From NCBI RefSeq assembly GCF_009914755.1, contig NC_060925.1: 64,000 nucleotides of DNA. One strand, given 5' to 3'. Numbering within the stretch: the first letter of the stretch is position 1; each line of letters opens with the position of its first letter. Below the pieces are notes generated by a model that searched no databases, had not been told where the DNA came from, and was given only the letters and a program-made list of their open reading frames with translations. Shown here in pieces: positions 13,836 through 30,222 of the stretch. Both the position numbers and the translations under genes were made by a program. The DNA comes from the human T2T-CHM13v2.0 reference genome, Homo sapiens.

Positions 13836-16014
13836 TAATTTCCGGTGGTCGGAGCTGCAAAATTAAAGGCCGCGCGGGGGCAGCGCCGGCGGCTGCTAGG
13901 CTGACTCCGCCCTGCCGGGGCAAGCCAGGGAGAGCGGGACCTCGCACGCGGGCTCTGCCACCGCCTGAGGTCATACCCAGGCACTGGGTGTTGGCGGGAG
14001 CAGTAAAGCGCCATAAAAGCACCACTTGGATGACTATTGCAAAGTAAGCCTTCTTCGCTCGGATTCTATGTTTCATGAGGGTAGGCACTGGATCTTCATC
14101 TTTATGTCCTAGGCGGGCTCTTAACAAAAGGCTGTGGACTGAGTAAATGAATGAGTGGGGTTAATTAACTAATTAATTATATTAATAGAACAGGGGGAAA
14201 AAACTTAAAACCTAGCTCATAGATACATGAACAAATGCAGCAACCTCCAACGCTAGACTGTATGCCATGACCCATAGTGTGTGGCCTGCTGTGTATACTC
14301 AAAGCCTACACCCTTTGCTCATTGGAGTGGATGGATGTTGTAGTCATGTTACTTTTCAAAATGAATTGACTTGGATTTTGATCACAACTTCGTGCACAAT
14401 AGGCCTCCAATGTCAGACATGCACAAGGAGAAGAGAGTGGTGCTCCCCAGTTCTTGCAAAATAACTACCATGTTCTAGGTTAATCTTAAATTGTTATGGG
14501 GGGGAAGCCCTTAAAGCTCTTTTTCTAGAAACAGTTTTTAAATTATTCTTATTTTGCACTGTAAATTTAAAATTTTGCAGGGAATATTTGGTTAGTATAG
14601 CAGTGCTTCGAGCATGTATTAATAAATTATACGTTTTGTTAAGCAATGACCTGTGCCCCTATTGTATGCCAGGCGCTGGGCAAATCTTGTCTGCCTAGCT
14701 GTCCTCCTTCATTTGCTCAACACATCCCTTCTTTATATATAAATGCAGAGGCAAGCAATTTTGGTCAGAAAGGAAAATTAAGGACATTTTGTTAATATTT
14801 TATTTCTTGTGTGCTTTGTCCTGGCCTAAGGTATAAAAATCTCACAGTAGTGCAAAAACAAATCTTTCCCTTATTCCCTTCTCTCCTACTCGATAGCAGA
14901 AAAAAACAAATTTTTAGAATAAAATTATAAATGGGACAAAATAAAATTTCTTATCAACCAAGTTCTAGAGAAATGGTTGGACTATTTCCTTTGCATATTA
15001 GCAAGTTCAAAGTCAAAATTTCTCGAAAAGGTGCTGTGACTATTTTATAGTTTAGTTGAGTGTTGCTGTTTGAAGTCTCAGAAAACTTGAGGGAGCCCAT
15101 GAAGGGGGCAGATAAGCACCTTGAGCAGTGAGCAGTATCACCTTAGAATAAATCCCTTTCATTCAGATTTAGTCTAGTCATTTTGCTTTTCATTTGCCCT
15201 TCACAGATTCTTGGGATTTCTGAGTTTGAAAAAGAAAACTGAGAACTGGAACAGGGACACGCAGAAAGGAGCAGGTGGGAGGGAGATGGCACTGAATTTC
15301 CCTTTATGTCTTTTACATGTTGAACCATGTGTATGTAGTACTAACTCAAATAAATAAATACACATTTAAAAAGTATTTAACAAGTATTCAACACGTTTAA
15401 AAAGTATTTAACAATACTTTTTAACAACACAACACTCCCGGGTGTATAGTGTTGAAGTGTGACTCCCACACTTGGGGAAGAATAGGAGAAAGGTAAGAAG
15501 AGGGGAACCCAGAGAGGTTAAGAACCTTGCCAAGGACAGTGAAGAGCTAGGACTAGAAATAACGATACAATGAACCCATCTCTGACTTCCTGCTACTCCA
15601 AACTACCTCTTGCTTCTATTAAACTAAGGGCAAAGAGAATAAGCCACCCCTCCATGAACATTTTTAGAAGCTACAAATACTCCCTCTCCCTCCATATATT
15701 CCTTTGGAATTGAAATAGATCTAATGGTAAGCAAAATGTATACCTGAGGCACAATTTTCTATAAATAGGGTCTTTCCAAAGGAATAATTTTACATTTACT
15801 GCCTTTTCAATAATTTGAAACTAATTGTTTCAAATATTTAGAAACTAATTGTTTCTAAATAGCAATAATAATGTATCTGTCGATGCCAAATAACAACTGA
15901 CCTTCTCATACCACAAACATTTCCAAGCCTTGGCCAGTAGCCCATTTATTTCAAGCAGCCTCTCATAGATCAGAATTTCCCTACAACAGAAGATTTGAGA
16001 CATTAAAAAAAAAA

Positions 16015-16133
16015 AGTGGAGATGGAGTCTCGTTATGTTGCCTAGGCTGGTCTCAAACTCCTGGCCTCAAATGATCCTCCTGCCTCAGCCTCCCAAAATG
16101 CTGGGATTACAGGCGTGAACCACTGTGCCTGGC
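16015..16133 (-). mobile_element. Alu monomer (FLAM-like)
   Basis: Left-arm consensus; flanking TGAGACATT. Confidence 0.85.
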
Positions 16134-16466
16134 TGAGACATTTTCAAAAAGAAAATTGTAACAGGATATTACCAGTATCTTGTTTATTTTTTCACAAAGC
16201 TTTACAATTATGATCTCTGTCCTTTGTGGGACGGCATGGGAAAAGTGGGTGATCCTGAAACCCCAGGGAGGGGCAATACCCCCATTTCCAGAATACATTT
16301 CTATGTTTGCCTCATTTGATTCTCACCATGATGATACCAGGAAGGGAAAAAAGAGTTCAGGCATTCAAAAGCTAGTAAGATGTGATTGTCAATCTCTGTT
16401 CTGCTAGTACCAGCTTTGAGACCTTGGATAAGTTAGCTCAACTCTCAGCCTGTTTCTCACCTGTAA

Positions 16467-16810
<344 letters not shown>

Positions 16811-19579
16811 GAACAATCTTTTAATTTGCACTCTTTACCTGTTCATTTGGGCAGCAAGAATGGGAGAATGCTCCAAATGAGGGTTTCTGAGTTTTAAATA
16901 TAAACGTATAAGAAATTATGCTATATTATTTGTATATTATAAATAATAATATAAATAAGACTATATTACAAATTATGCTACATATATCTGATAAGAAAAG
17001 AATAAAACTCTGTAAAACAACTTTCAAGTATTCTTGCTCTATTATTTAACAAAAATTATAATCGTATTACAGATACAACTGAGTAGTCTGCTTTTCTTCC
17101 CGAATATTATAATTATTTTTCTTTTTTCTATTCTCTTTATTTTCCTGTTTTCTTAAATGGAATATAAACTTTCTATAGTAAAAATTATTTAAATAAAAAT
17201 CATGACAATCATCTTCCTTGCTTTTTATATACAATCTTTCATTTTCAATTGCTATAAAAAAGTTCTATCAGCTAGTTTACTATAATTTACTCAATCACTC
17301 TCATCTTACTATTTAGCTTGTTTCGAGTTTTTACTATTTTAAGTAATACAATGAAAAGATTTTTGAATATAGCTTTCCCTACATTTGGAATTATTTCCTT
17401 AGGATATATTTTTAGGGGTGAAATTTCTAGATCCAACAATGATTATTTGTACGGTCCTTGATACATACCAGAACAAGTTTTATGGATGGCGCTTATGTAA
17501 TGCATAAGCCAAAAGAATTCATACCACTTAACAGTTAAAAGACTACAAAAATAAACTAAGGAAAAGTTTGACTTGGATTAAAGACCAGATATAGAACTGG
17601 TCTTTATTTTATGTACAGGAAGTACTTGTTAGAACCACACCCTGTCATATTGCCATGGTTTTATCCTCATGTATACTAACAAACTATTTAATTTTTGTCT
17701 TTGGATTAGGTGTCATGATAGGTGTAGTCAAACTGAAATAAGAATTACATATATTTTAATTGTATTAATTCAAAGAAAATAAATGCAAACTGATAACTGT
17801 GTGATGCCTTAACTTGAATGACAGGTAATATAATTATCCCCTTCTAATCTTATAAGAAGCAGGCTATCAAAATAGAATTCCACTGACACCATAAGTCAGA
17901 ATACGATTTAATGGTACCATCATTTGTGGGAAGTGGGTAATGTTTTTTGTACCAGCTCATGCAAAAATTGGGAAATTAAGTAAAGGAGAAACATGGAGAT
18001 AAGTTAATAGAAGACTTAAGGTATAAGAACCAACTTTGTATTAATATTTTTTACTTTTCAAACATGAAGAAAAACATTTGCTTTTAATAAACATTTTGGG
18101 ACTGATATATTTAAATCTCATTACATTTAAAAATATTATCTATTACTATAAAGTTTAAATTAGGCTTTTACATAAAGGATTTCAAACATCTGAAGAGGGA
18201 GGAGACTGTCAGCTTTGGTGTTCAGAGTTCAAATAAGAAAATTGTTAATCTCACCACATACGTGTTTTTACATTGTTCCTAAGAATAGATTGAACGAAGT
18301 GTCATCTTACTGTGAGCTATGTGATATGACTCCTCATAGAAACACAGCCAGTGTGAACTTTTATAGGAAAAAAAAGGAGTATAGTTTGCTTTGTGAATGG
18401 AAAATCAAACGAGAGAAAATGCAAAAATTATCTTTCTTTTGAGTTTTTCACCATTTCCTCCAGTATGTTTGGTGATTAGTTCACCCTACCCCAGATGAAA
18501 CACTTCACTTTAAAATAGTACAGCCTATATATTGTAAATTTTAAAAATTACTCACAAAACACAACTCCCTTAAAGGAAATATATGACCCCATATCTGGAG
18601 GTAAGGTGGGAGTTGAGGCTTCTGAAAATCTCTGGCCGCTGCTGTCTGCATGAGGCGGGGCTTGGAGGATCATCCCACATGAACAACCTCAGGCTCGCCC
18701 AAAGAGACAGACAGAAGGACAGCATGAACTGATGATAGGTAGATGCAGCCCACTGGATGTTCCACCTCAGCTGCTATCCTGGGCTTCATAGAAGAGAAAG
18801 AAATGCTGGGAGTTCTCCAAGGCAGGCATTCTGGTCATTTCTGTTTTATGGATAAGGACACCAGTGGTCCATACGTGGGAAAGGAAGGGAAAAAAAAAAG
18901 GGGGAGACACCAGTGGTTTAAGAAGCCCAGGTTCTGATAACTAGCAGCTTTCTTATTCCAACCAAATCTGTTGATTCCAAATATTGTTTCTTTCCACCAA
19001 ATCACATTACTTGTTTCACATCCAGCATAGGGTAGAAAAGCCTGGAGCCAAAAGTCACGTGCCTGTCACAGACTTGAGAGGTAGTAAGGATGGGATGGTG
19101 GAGGAGAGACACATTCCCTCCTCTCCTGCTGCAAGGCCCAACCCATCACTCCCAACAGTGTGGACTTGGCAGGCATGATGCTCATCCAAAGGTCAGAAAA
19201 TAATAGCATTTAAGTTGCTGAAAGCAGCATAGTTATGTTAATTCAATAGAACATTTGTAAAGTAGACAAAATAAAAAGTAAAAATACAGCTCCATATCTC
19301 ACTACCTTAGTTCAACCTCTAGTAATATTTCAGAGTGTTTTCCCCCCAGTCTTAAAAAAAGAGTCTACTATGATGATATTGTATAATTGTCCATTTAGAT
19401 GATGTGCTGTGATCTTATTTATTATGTTACTGGACAGTTGGATTATTTCCCTTTTTCCCTACTATAAATGATGCTGTGATTTTTTTTTAATTGTACCTGG
19501 GTTTTTCTATATGTAGGATTCTTTCTTTAGGATTCATAACCAGAAGTGATTCCCCTCCTGGATCAAAGGTTAGGAACCT

Positions 19580-19742
19580 CCTTTTTGTTGTGTTTTGTTT
19601 TTTATGTGTTTGTATGTTTGTTTTGTAGAGGTAGGCCCACTATGTTGCCCAAGCTGGTCTTGAACTCCTGGCCTCAAGGTGATCCTCCTGCCTTGGACTC
19701 CCAAACTGCTGGGATTACAGGTGTGAGCATCCATGCCCAGCT
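19580..19742 (-). mobile_element. Alu monomer (FLAM-like)
   Basis: Left arm; TSD AAAGGYTAGGAAC. Confidence 0.85.
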
Positions 19743-19854
19743 AAAGGCTAGGAACATTTTCAAGTCTATGGACACATATTGAGAAATTATTTTCCTGAAT
19801 GATTGTAATAATTACACCCCTGCCAAGAAAAATTATAAATACCACAGTAGCTAA

Positions 19855-20250
19855 GAGGCAGAAGAGTGTAGCAATTAAGAGCATGGACTCTAAGCCAGAT
19901 TTCTAATGTCTGGAAATTCTGGCTCTGCCTTCTTCTATCCTTAAACAAGTTCCTTAACCTCTCTGTACTTCAGTTTCTTCATCTGCAAACATGGTTACAA
20001 TAACAACACCTACTTCATAGATTCTGGAACAGATTCAATGAGTTAATACATGTAAAGCATAGAGTAGGCATTTACTAAGTGTTAGTTATTGTCACTATTA
20101 CAACAGGCACTATTGGCGGCCCTTTTTATGTACATTATCTCTAACCATCCCAATGAACAGGCTGTGGGAATAGACTCAGAGAGGCTTGCCTTCCCCAGAT
20201 CACATAGCCAGAGAAGGACAGAGTCCTGATTCCAACGCAGGCCAGCCTGA
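19855..20250. mobile_element. MIR remnants
   Basis: aacctctctgtacttcagtttcttcatctgcaaacatgg core. Confidence 0.65.
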
Positions 20251-20367
20251 CTCCTGACCCTGGACTGCTGCAGGAGGTAGGCCTCAAGGCCTCCCATTGT
20301 AGGGGCAGTAGCTTTGTGCACTGCAGGCAGCCCCTGAGACTTGCCAGGAAGCATTTTTATGTGGATT

Positions 20368-20806
<439 letters not shown>

Positions 20807-20953
20807 TAAAGCCAAGCAGTTCATCTGAGCTGAGGCTGGTAGAGAAGTGCTAGGGGATCATTGCCTCTTCCTAAAATATTCTCAACTGTTCTTACTGTCT
20901 GGCAAGGAGCAATTTATCAGTAGGGACTGTCATGAGTTTTCATTTGAGCTTTA

Positions 20954-21527
<574 letters not shown>

Positions 21528-22089
21528 TTAAAAGCAGTCACTGAGGCCTGAGGAATGGAAAGTCCCAGTGCTGGCACATGTCCTAAAGGAGGACAGAGTT
21601 TGTGGACTCAGTTGTACAGTTCAAGTCAACAAATATTTACTGAACAATCTTTGTCATACGCCATGCCAGATGTGAGGTACATAGATTGGATATGGGGTCT
21701 CTGCTCTCCTTCAACTCACTCAGAAGTGAATGTAGCAAGGAAGGTGAATAAAGGAGCAAATAAATAAAGAATGTTTCCCTCCTATCCCAGGCCTCTGAGA
21801 TGGCTGTCTGGCCTGGGATACAGGACTTTTCTTTTGACCAGTCAGCACTTTGCACAGTTGCCACTATAGTTCTGAAACCCACCTGATATGAGGCTGGGGT
21901 TAGGATTTTGCAGCATCAAAATATTCTACCGGCTGCAGAATAACGAGATCTACTTTTTGCACAAAGATATTTTTGCCTCTGGTTTGAGAAGCATTTAGCA
22001 GTTTGGATTGTAGAAAGCATTTGGCATATTCCACAATGCTTCTCTAACCCAAACTACTCATTGTTTTTGCTGGGATTCTTTGAGGAGGA

Positions 22090-22222
22090 AGTTGGAGGGC
22101 AGGTGGAAATGTTTTCCTTCTTTCCTTCCTTCCTTCCTTCCTTCCTTGCCTTCCTCCCTCCTTTCCTCCCTCCCTCCCTTCCTCTTACCCTCTCTTCCCT
22201 CCCTCCTTTCCCCACTTCTCTC
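22090..22222. repeat. (CCTT)n/(CCCT)n polypyrimidine tract
   Basis: Seen directly. Confidence 0.9.
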
Positions 22223-23391
22223 CTTAATCACAAAATTGAGATAACTATGACTATTAACTGTTCTTGGTACCAGGAAGAACAGACATATTTCCCACTGCGA
22301 TCCTAAAAAGTAGTTATTGTGATAGAAATTAATAGTGTTCTTACACAATCTTAAAATAAATGCAACAAATGTTATTTCCCATAACACTCAATATACATTG
22401 TTGACATCACACAAAAGTGCAATTTGATAAAAACTATACTTTGGGAAACTATGACACTGTCTAGCAAGGTACCAGCTGTCTACTGATCTGGTTTAATCCA
22501 TGGATGTGTTTGAGACTAGACTGTCTGAAATAATCCTTATATGCTTCAAATAATCCTCTCTGAAAATTGCTTCTCCTTACTGAGTTTTTAATAAATATTT
22601 GATGACAGGATGAGATTATACTCTCAGCGAAATCCTGGAATTCTATTCTGTGTTGTTTAAAATTCAGATCCATATGCCTTAACAGACAATTCAAACGTAG
22701 GTTTGACCTGTTGTGAAAGCTGAGGTACCTAAGAACAGCTGGTTGTATCAAAGGCTTTCTTACCCACAAGGGAAAACCAAAGTCAGGTGTAAGCTTTACC
22801 CCAGGAAATTGTTTTGAGTCTGCATAGCACACAAATGAGACCCTACAAGGTCACATCCATAGAACAGGACCAAAATAGTATTTCCCCAAATTTGCAAATA
22901 GAGAAAAGTTTAAAGAATGGGTACAATGAACTTCCAAATAATCCAACTAGATTTGACATCAACATAATTTTAACATTAAACAAAATTTAAAACATTAACA
23001 CCAATAGAAAAAAATCTTAATTTAATCAAGAGTTATTAGTATGAGTAGGGCTACTTCCTGTCACGCCCTCCAGGATTATTTGTGATGTACAGGAAGGTAA
23101 TTAAACAAAGTGACTTTTATAACATTGTTATTTCTAAATCAATTAAAAGATGAAAAATACCTACCAGATACCTACCAAATGTAAATTTGCAAATATAATA
23201 TATATTTTATTTTGTAAATATCAAATCTTTCTGACAGTGATTAGCCAAAAGGGTTTTATCAGGAGATCTGAGTTTCAGATAATAAGAATTATCTTATCTG
23301 CATATAGAATAGTGCATGCCTTTCTGTTTTCTACACTAGAAAGGAGTTGTGTTGCTCATCTAGGAAAACTTTTCTATTGTTCAGGTTCGTT

Positions 23392-24143
<752 letters not shown>

Positions 24144-24616
24144 TGTATTAGTCATGGGTCTCTAGAGGGACAGAACTAATAGGATACACACACACACACA
24201 CACACACAGACACACACATGCACACACATGTATATATATAAAGGGAAATTTATTAAGTAGTGTTAACTCACATGATTACAAGGTCCCACAATAGGTTGTC
24301 TACAAGCTGAGGAGCAATGAAGACAGTCTGAGTCCCAAAGCTAAGAGCTTGGAGTCCGATGTTCAAGAGCAGGAAGCATCCAGCACGGGAGAAAGATGTA
24401 GGATGGGAGGTTAAGCCAGTCTAATTTTTTCACATTTTTCTACCTGCTTTATATGCTGGCAATTGATTAGATGGTGCCCACAGATTAAGGGTGGGTCTGC
24501 CATTCCCAGCCCACTGACTCAAACGTTAATCTCCATTGGCAACACCCTCACAGAGACACTCAGGATCAATACTTTGCATCCTTCAATCAAGTTGACACTC
24601 AGTATTAACCACCACA
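24144..24616 (-). mobile_element. MLT2A (MLT2A1/A2-type) HERV-L LTR
   Basis: TG...CA termini on the minus strand; TATAAA at 24453-24448; AATAAA at 24254-24249; resembles my recollection of the MLT2A consensus; internal (CA)n. Confidence 0.88.
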
Positions 24617-24940
24617 ATACCCAAGTCAAGATCTAGAATATGTCCAGCACCTCAAGTGCTTTACTGAATTTGCATTTTAAATCAGTTGCTTAAAGTGGGA
24701 GACCATTACTGAGCTCTGGTTAAAGACTGGCTTGGTGGCTCCAAAAATCTGGGCTATTGACTATGGTTTGTAGAGTTAGGTAGAGTGGGCTTCCTATGAG
24801 CCAAGTTACATCTGGGATGCCAATCCTTCATCTTTCCTTGGAGATTGTTCACATTGCCAAATCCTCAGGTCCTCCCACAAGTTCACAGCAAAGGATGTTT
24901 TATTGTTTATTGCTTATTTGCATGAAAAATATTGAACATC

Positions 24941-25063
24941 TTTTTTTTAAATTTTATTTTACTTTAAGTTCTGGGATACGTGTGTTGAACATGCAGGTTT
25001 GTTACGTAGGTATACATGTGCCATGGTGGTTTGCTGCACCTATCAACCCCATCATCTAGGTTT
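24941..25063 (-). mobile_element. Short L1PA 3'-end fragment
   Basis: ttactttaagttctgggatac...ggtttgctgcacctatcaaccc, the reverse complement of an L1PA 3' terminus. Confidence 0.85.
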
Positions 25064-25282
25064 TCAAACATATTTTTAAAAATCAAACTCTACCTAAGAG
25101 AATAGAAAAATATACCCAAAGTATCTATCACTCAGCTTCAGCAGTAAATCCATGGCTAATCATGTTTCATTTTTGTCCCCTGCACTGCTTCCCTCCTCCA
25201 CTAGTCTACTTTGAAGTAAATTCCAATATCATTTCATTTCTTCCTGAAAATATTTCAGAATGTCTCTACAAAGAATAAGGAG

Positions 25283-26290
25283 TCTAATTAAACTAAAGAG
25301 CTTCTGCACAGCAAAAGAAACTATCACCAGAGTGAACAGACAACCTACAGAATGGGAGAAAATTTTTGCAATCTATCCATCTGACAAAGATCTAATATCC
25401 AGAATCTATAAGGAACTTAAACAAATTTACAAGAAAAGAGCAAACAACTCCATTAAAAAGTGGGCAAATTACATAGGCACTTCTTGAAAGAATACATACA
25501 TGTGGCCAACAAACATGAAAAAAGTTCATCATCACTGATCATTAGAGAAATACAAATCAAAACCAAAATGAAATACCATTTCATGCCAGTCAGAATGGTG
25601 ATTATTAAAAAGTCAAGAAACAACAGATGCTGGAGAGGCTGTGGAGAAATAGGAAAGCTTTTACACTGTTGGTGGGAATGTAAATTAGTTCAACCATTGT
25701 GGAAGACGGTGTGGTGATTCCTCAAAGACTAGACCCAGAAATACCATTTGACCCAGCAATCCTATTACTGGGTATATACCCAAAGGAATATAAATCATTC
25801 TATTATAAAGATACATGCACAAGTATGTTCACTGAAGCACTATTCATAATAGCAAAGACATGGAATCAACCCAAATGTCCATCAATGATAGACTGGATAA
25901 AGAAAATGTGGTATATATACGCTATGGAATACTGTGCAGCCATAAAAAGGAATGAGATCATGTCCTTTGCAGGGACATGGATGGAGCTGGAAGCCATTAT
26001 CCTCAGCAAACTGACACAGGAACAGAAAACCAAACACCACGTGTTCTCACTTGCAAGTGAGAGCTGAACAATGAGAACACAGGGAGGGGAACAACACACA
26101 CTGGAGCCTGTCGGTGGGAGTGGGGGTAGGGAGAGCATCAGGATAAACAGCTAATGCATGTGACGCTTGATACCTAGGTGATGGGTTGGTTGGTGCAGCA
26201 GACCATCATGGCACACGTTTACCTATGTAACAAGCCTGTATGTCATGCACATGTATACTGGAACTTAAAATAAAATTAAATTAAAAGAAA
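25283..26290 (+). mobile_element. 5'-truncated L1PA (ORF2 C-terminus and 3'UTR)
   Basis: [13 protein letters not shown]...[13 protein letters not shown] fragments; TSD AAAGAATAAGGAG at 25270-25282 and 26291-26303. Confidence 0.93.
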
Positions 26291-26302
26291 AAAGAATAAG
26301 GA

Positions 26303-26590
26303 GCCAGGTGCAGTAGCTCATGCCTGTAATCCCAGCACTTTGGAAGGCCAAGGTAGGTGGATTACTTGGGCCCAGGAGTTTGAGACCAGCCTGACAATAT
26401 AGTAAGGCCCCATCTTTACAAAAAGTAAAAAAAATTAGCCAGGTGTAGTGTTGCACACCTGTAGTCCCAGCTACTTGGAGGCTGAGGTGGGAGGATCAGT
26501 TGAGCCCAGGAAGTTGAGGTTGCCATGCCACTGCATTCCAGCCTGGGTGACAGAGTGAGACCCTGTCTCAAAAAAAAAAAAAAAAAAAAA
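26303..26590 (+). mobile_element. Alu (AluJ-like)
   Basis: Dimer with an internal deletion, directly abutting the L1 TSD. Confidence 0.92.
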
Positions 26591-26719
26591 GAATAAAAAA
26601 AGAATAAGAACTGTTCCTAGCAATGGCTTTTGAGCCAAAGGAAAATTATAGAAAATCTTTAATTTTATATGGGTCGAATAGCCATTCCAGATTTTGGTTT
26701 TATTCATTCATCAATTTAA

Positions 26720-27165
26720 ATTGGTAAATAAAGATGGTATATATTTATGATGTACAACATGATATTTTGAAATATATATACATTGTGGAAAGGCTAAATC
26801 AAGCCAATCAACATGTGCATTATCTCACATACTTACTATTTTGTAGTGAGAAAATTTAATATCTATTTTCTTAGCAATTTTCAAATACAGAATATGTTAT
26901 TAACTATAGTTAATACTTAGTAGACAATAATTAATTGTCACCATGTTGTACAACATATCTTTTTAGCTTATTCCTCCTGTTTATTGAAATTTTGTATCCT
27001 TTGACCAACATCCCATCCCACCCAACCCCATCCCAAGAGTGGTTACCACTCCTGGTAACCACCATTCTACTCTCTGCTCTTATGAGTTCAGCTTTTATAT
27101 ATTCCACATATAAGTGAGATTGTGTGGTATTTGTCTTTCTATACCTGACTTATTTCACTTATGAT
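26720..27165 (-). mobile_element. L1MA-like 3' fragment
   Basis: ttccacatataagtgagatt..gtatttgtctttct motifs. Confidence 0.7.
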
Positions 27166-27809
27166 TTTTTGTCATTAATCCTACTAAGTTTTCTTGGCTA
27201 CCCAGCAGTCCTTGACAAATCATTTAACTAGGAAGATGATACCCTCATTTGCAGTGAAAACTGGCAATGAGTTTTCTATATCCAAAGCAGTTTATTTAAA
27301 ATTCAGCTAATGATAAATCACCAGGTATCTGAACGCTCTCAGCCATTTCACTCTTCTCAGTGCCCTGACCACTCTAATCTCCAGGTATGCTGGCCCTGGG
27401 AGAGGGATGCTCTTAGTTAAACCAGAGAAAGGATAACTCTGTGTAATTCATAATAACCATTCTAAGGATGGTAGGAAGCATAGTAGCAATAACATATGCT
27501 ATAACTACAATCTATGAAGCTATCCCTATGATTAGAGAGAAAAATAGGAAAATTTCCCCAATTATATTCAATATCACAAACTTCCATGTGTAATAAATAA
27601 AAGTTTTCAGCCTAAACATTGGTGGAAAAACTAGTAGAATCGAATAAAGTCTGTAGTTTATACTATTGTGCAATTCTTAATTTCTTAGTTTTAACAAATG
27701 TACCATGATTATATTAGATATTAGAGGAAGCTGAGAGAAGGGTATATGGAAACTCTCTACTATCTTTGCAACTTTTCTGTAAATCTAAAACTATTCCAAC
27801 ACAAAAAAT

Positions 27810-29470
<1,661 letters not shown>

Positions 29471-29539
29471 CCATTGTTTCTAAAATGTACTCAGAGTACT
29501 TGTTGGCACAGAGTAAGTACTATGTTTCCAAATAGTCAC

Positions 29540-30222
<683 letters not shown>

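Noticed and set aside
15362-15415. Short AT-rich direct repeats (also 56728-56790)
   Set aside because: Low-complexity slippage duplications with no spacer structure; not CRISPR-like
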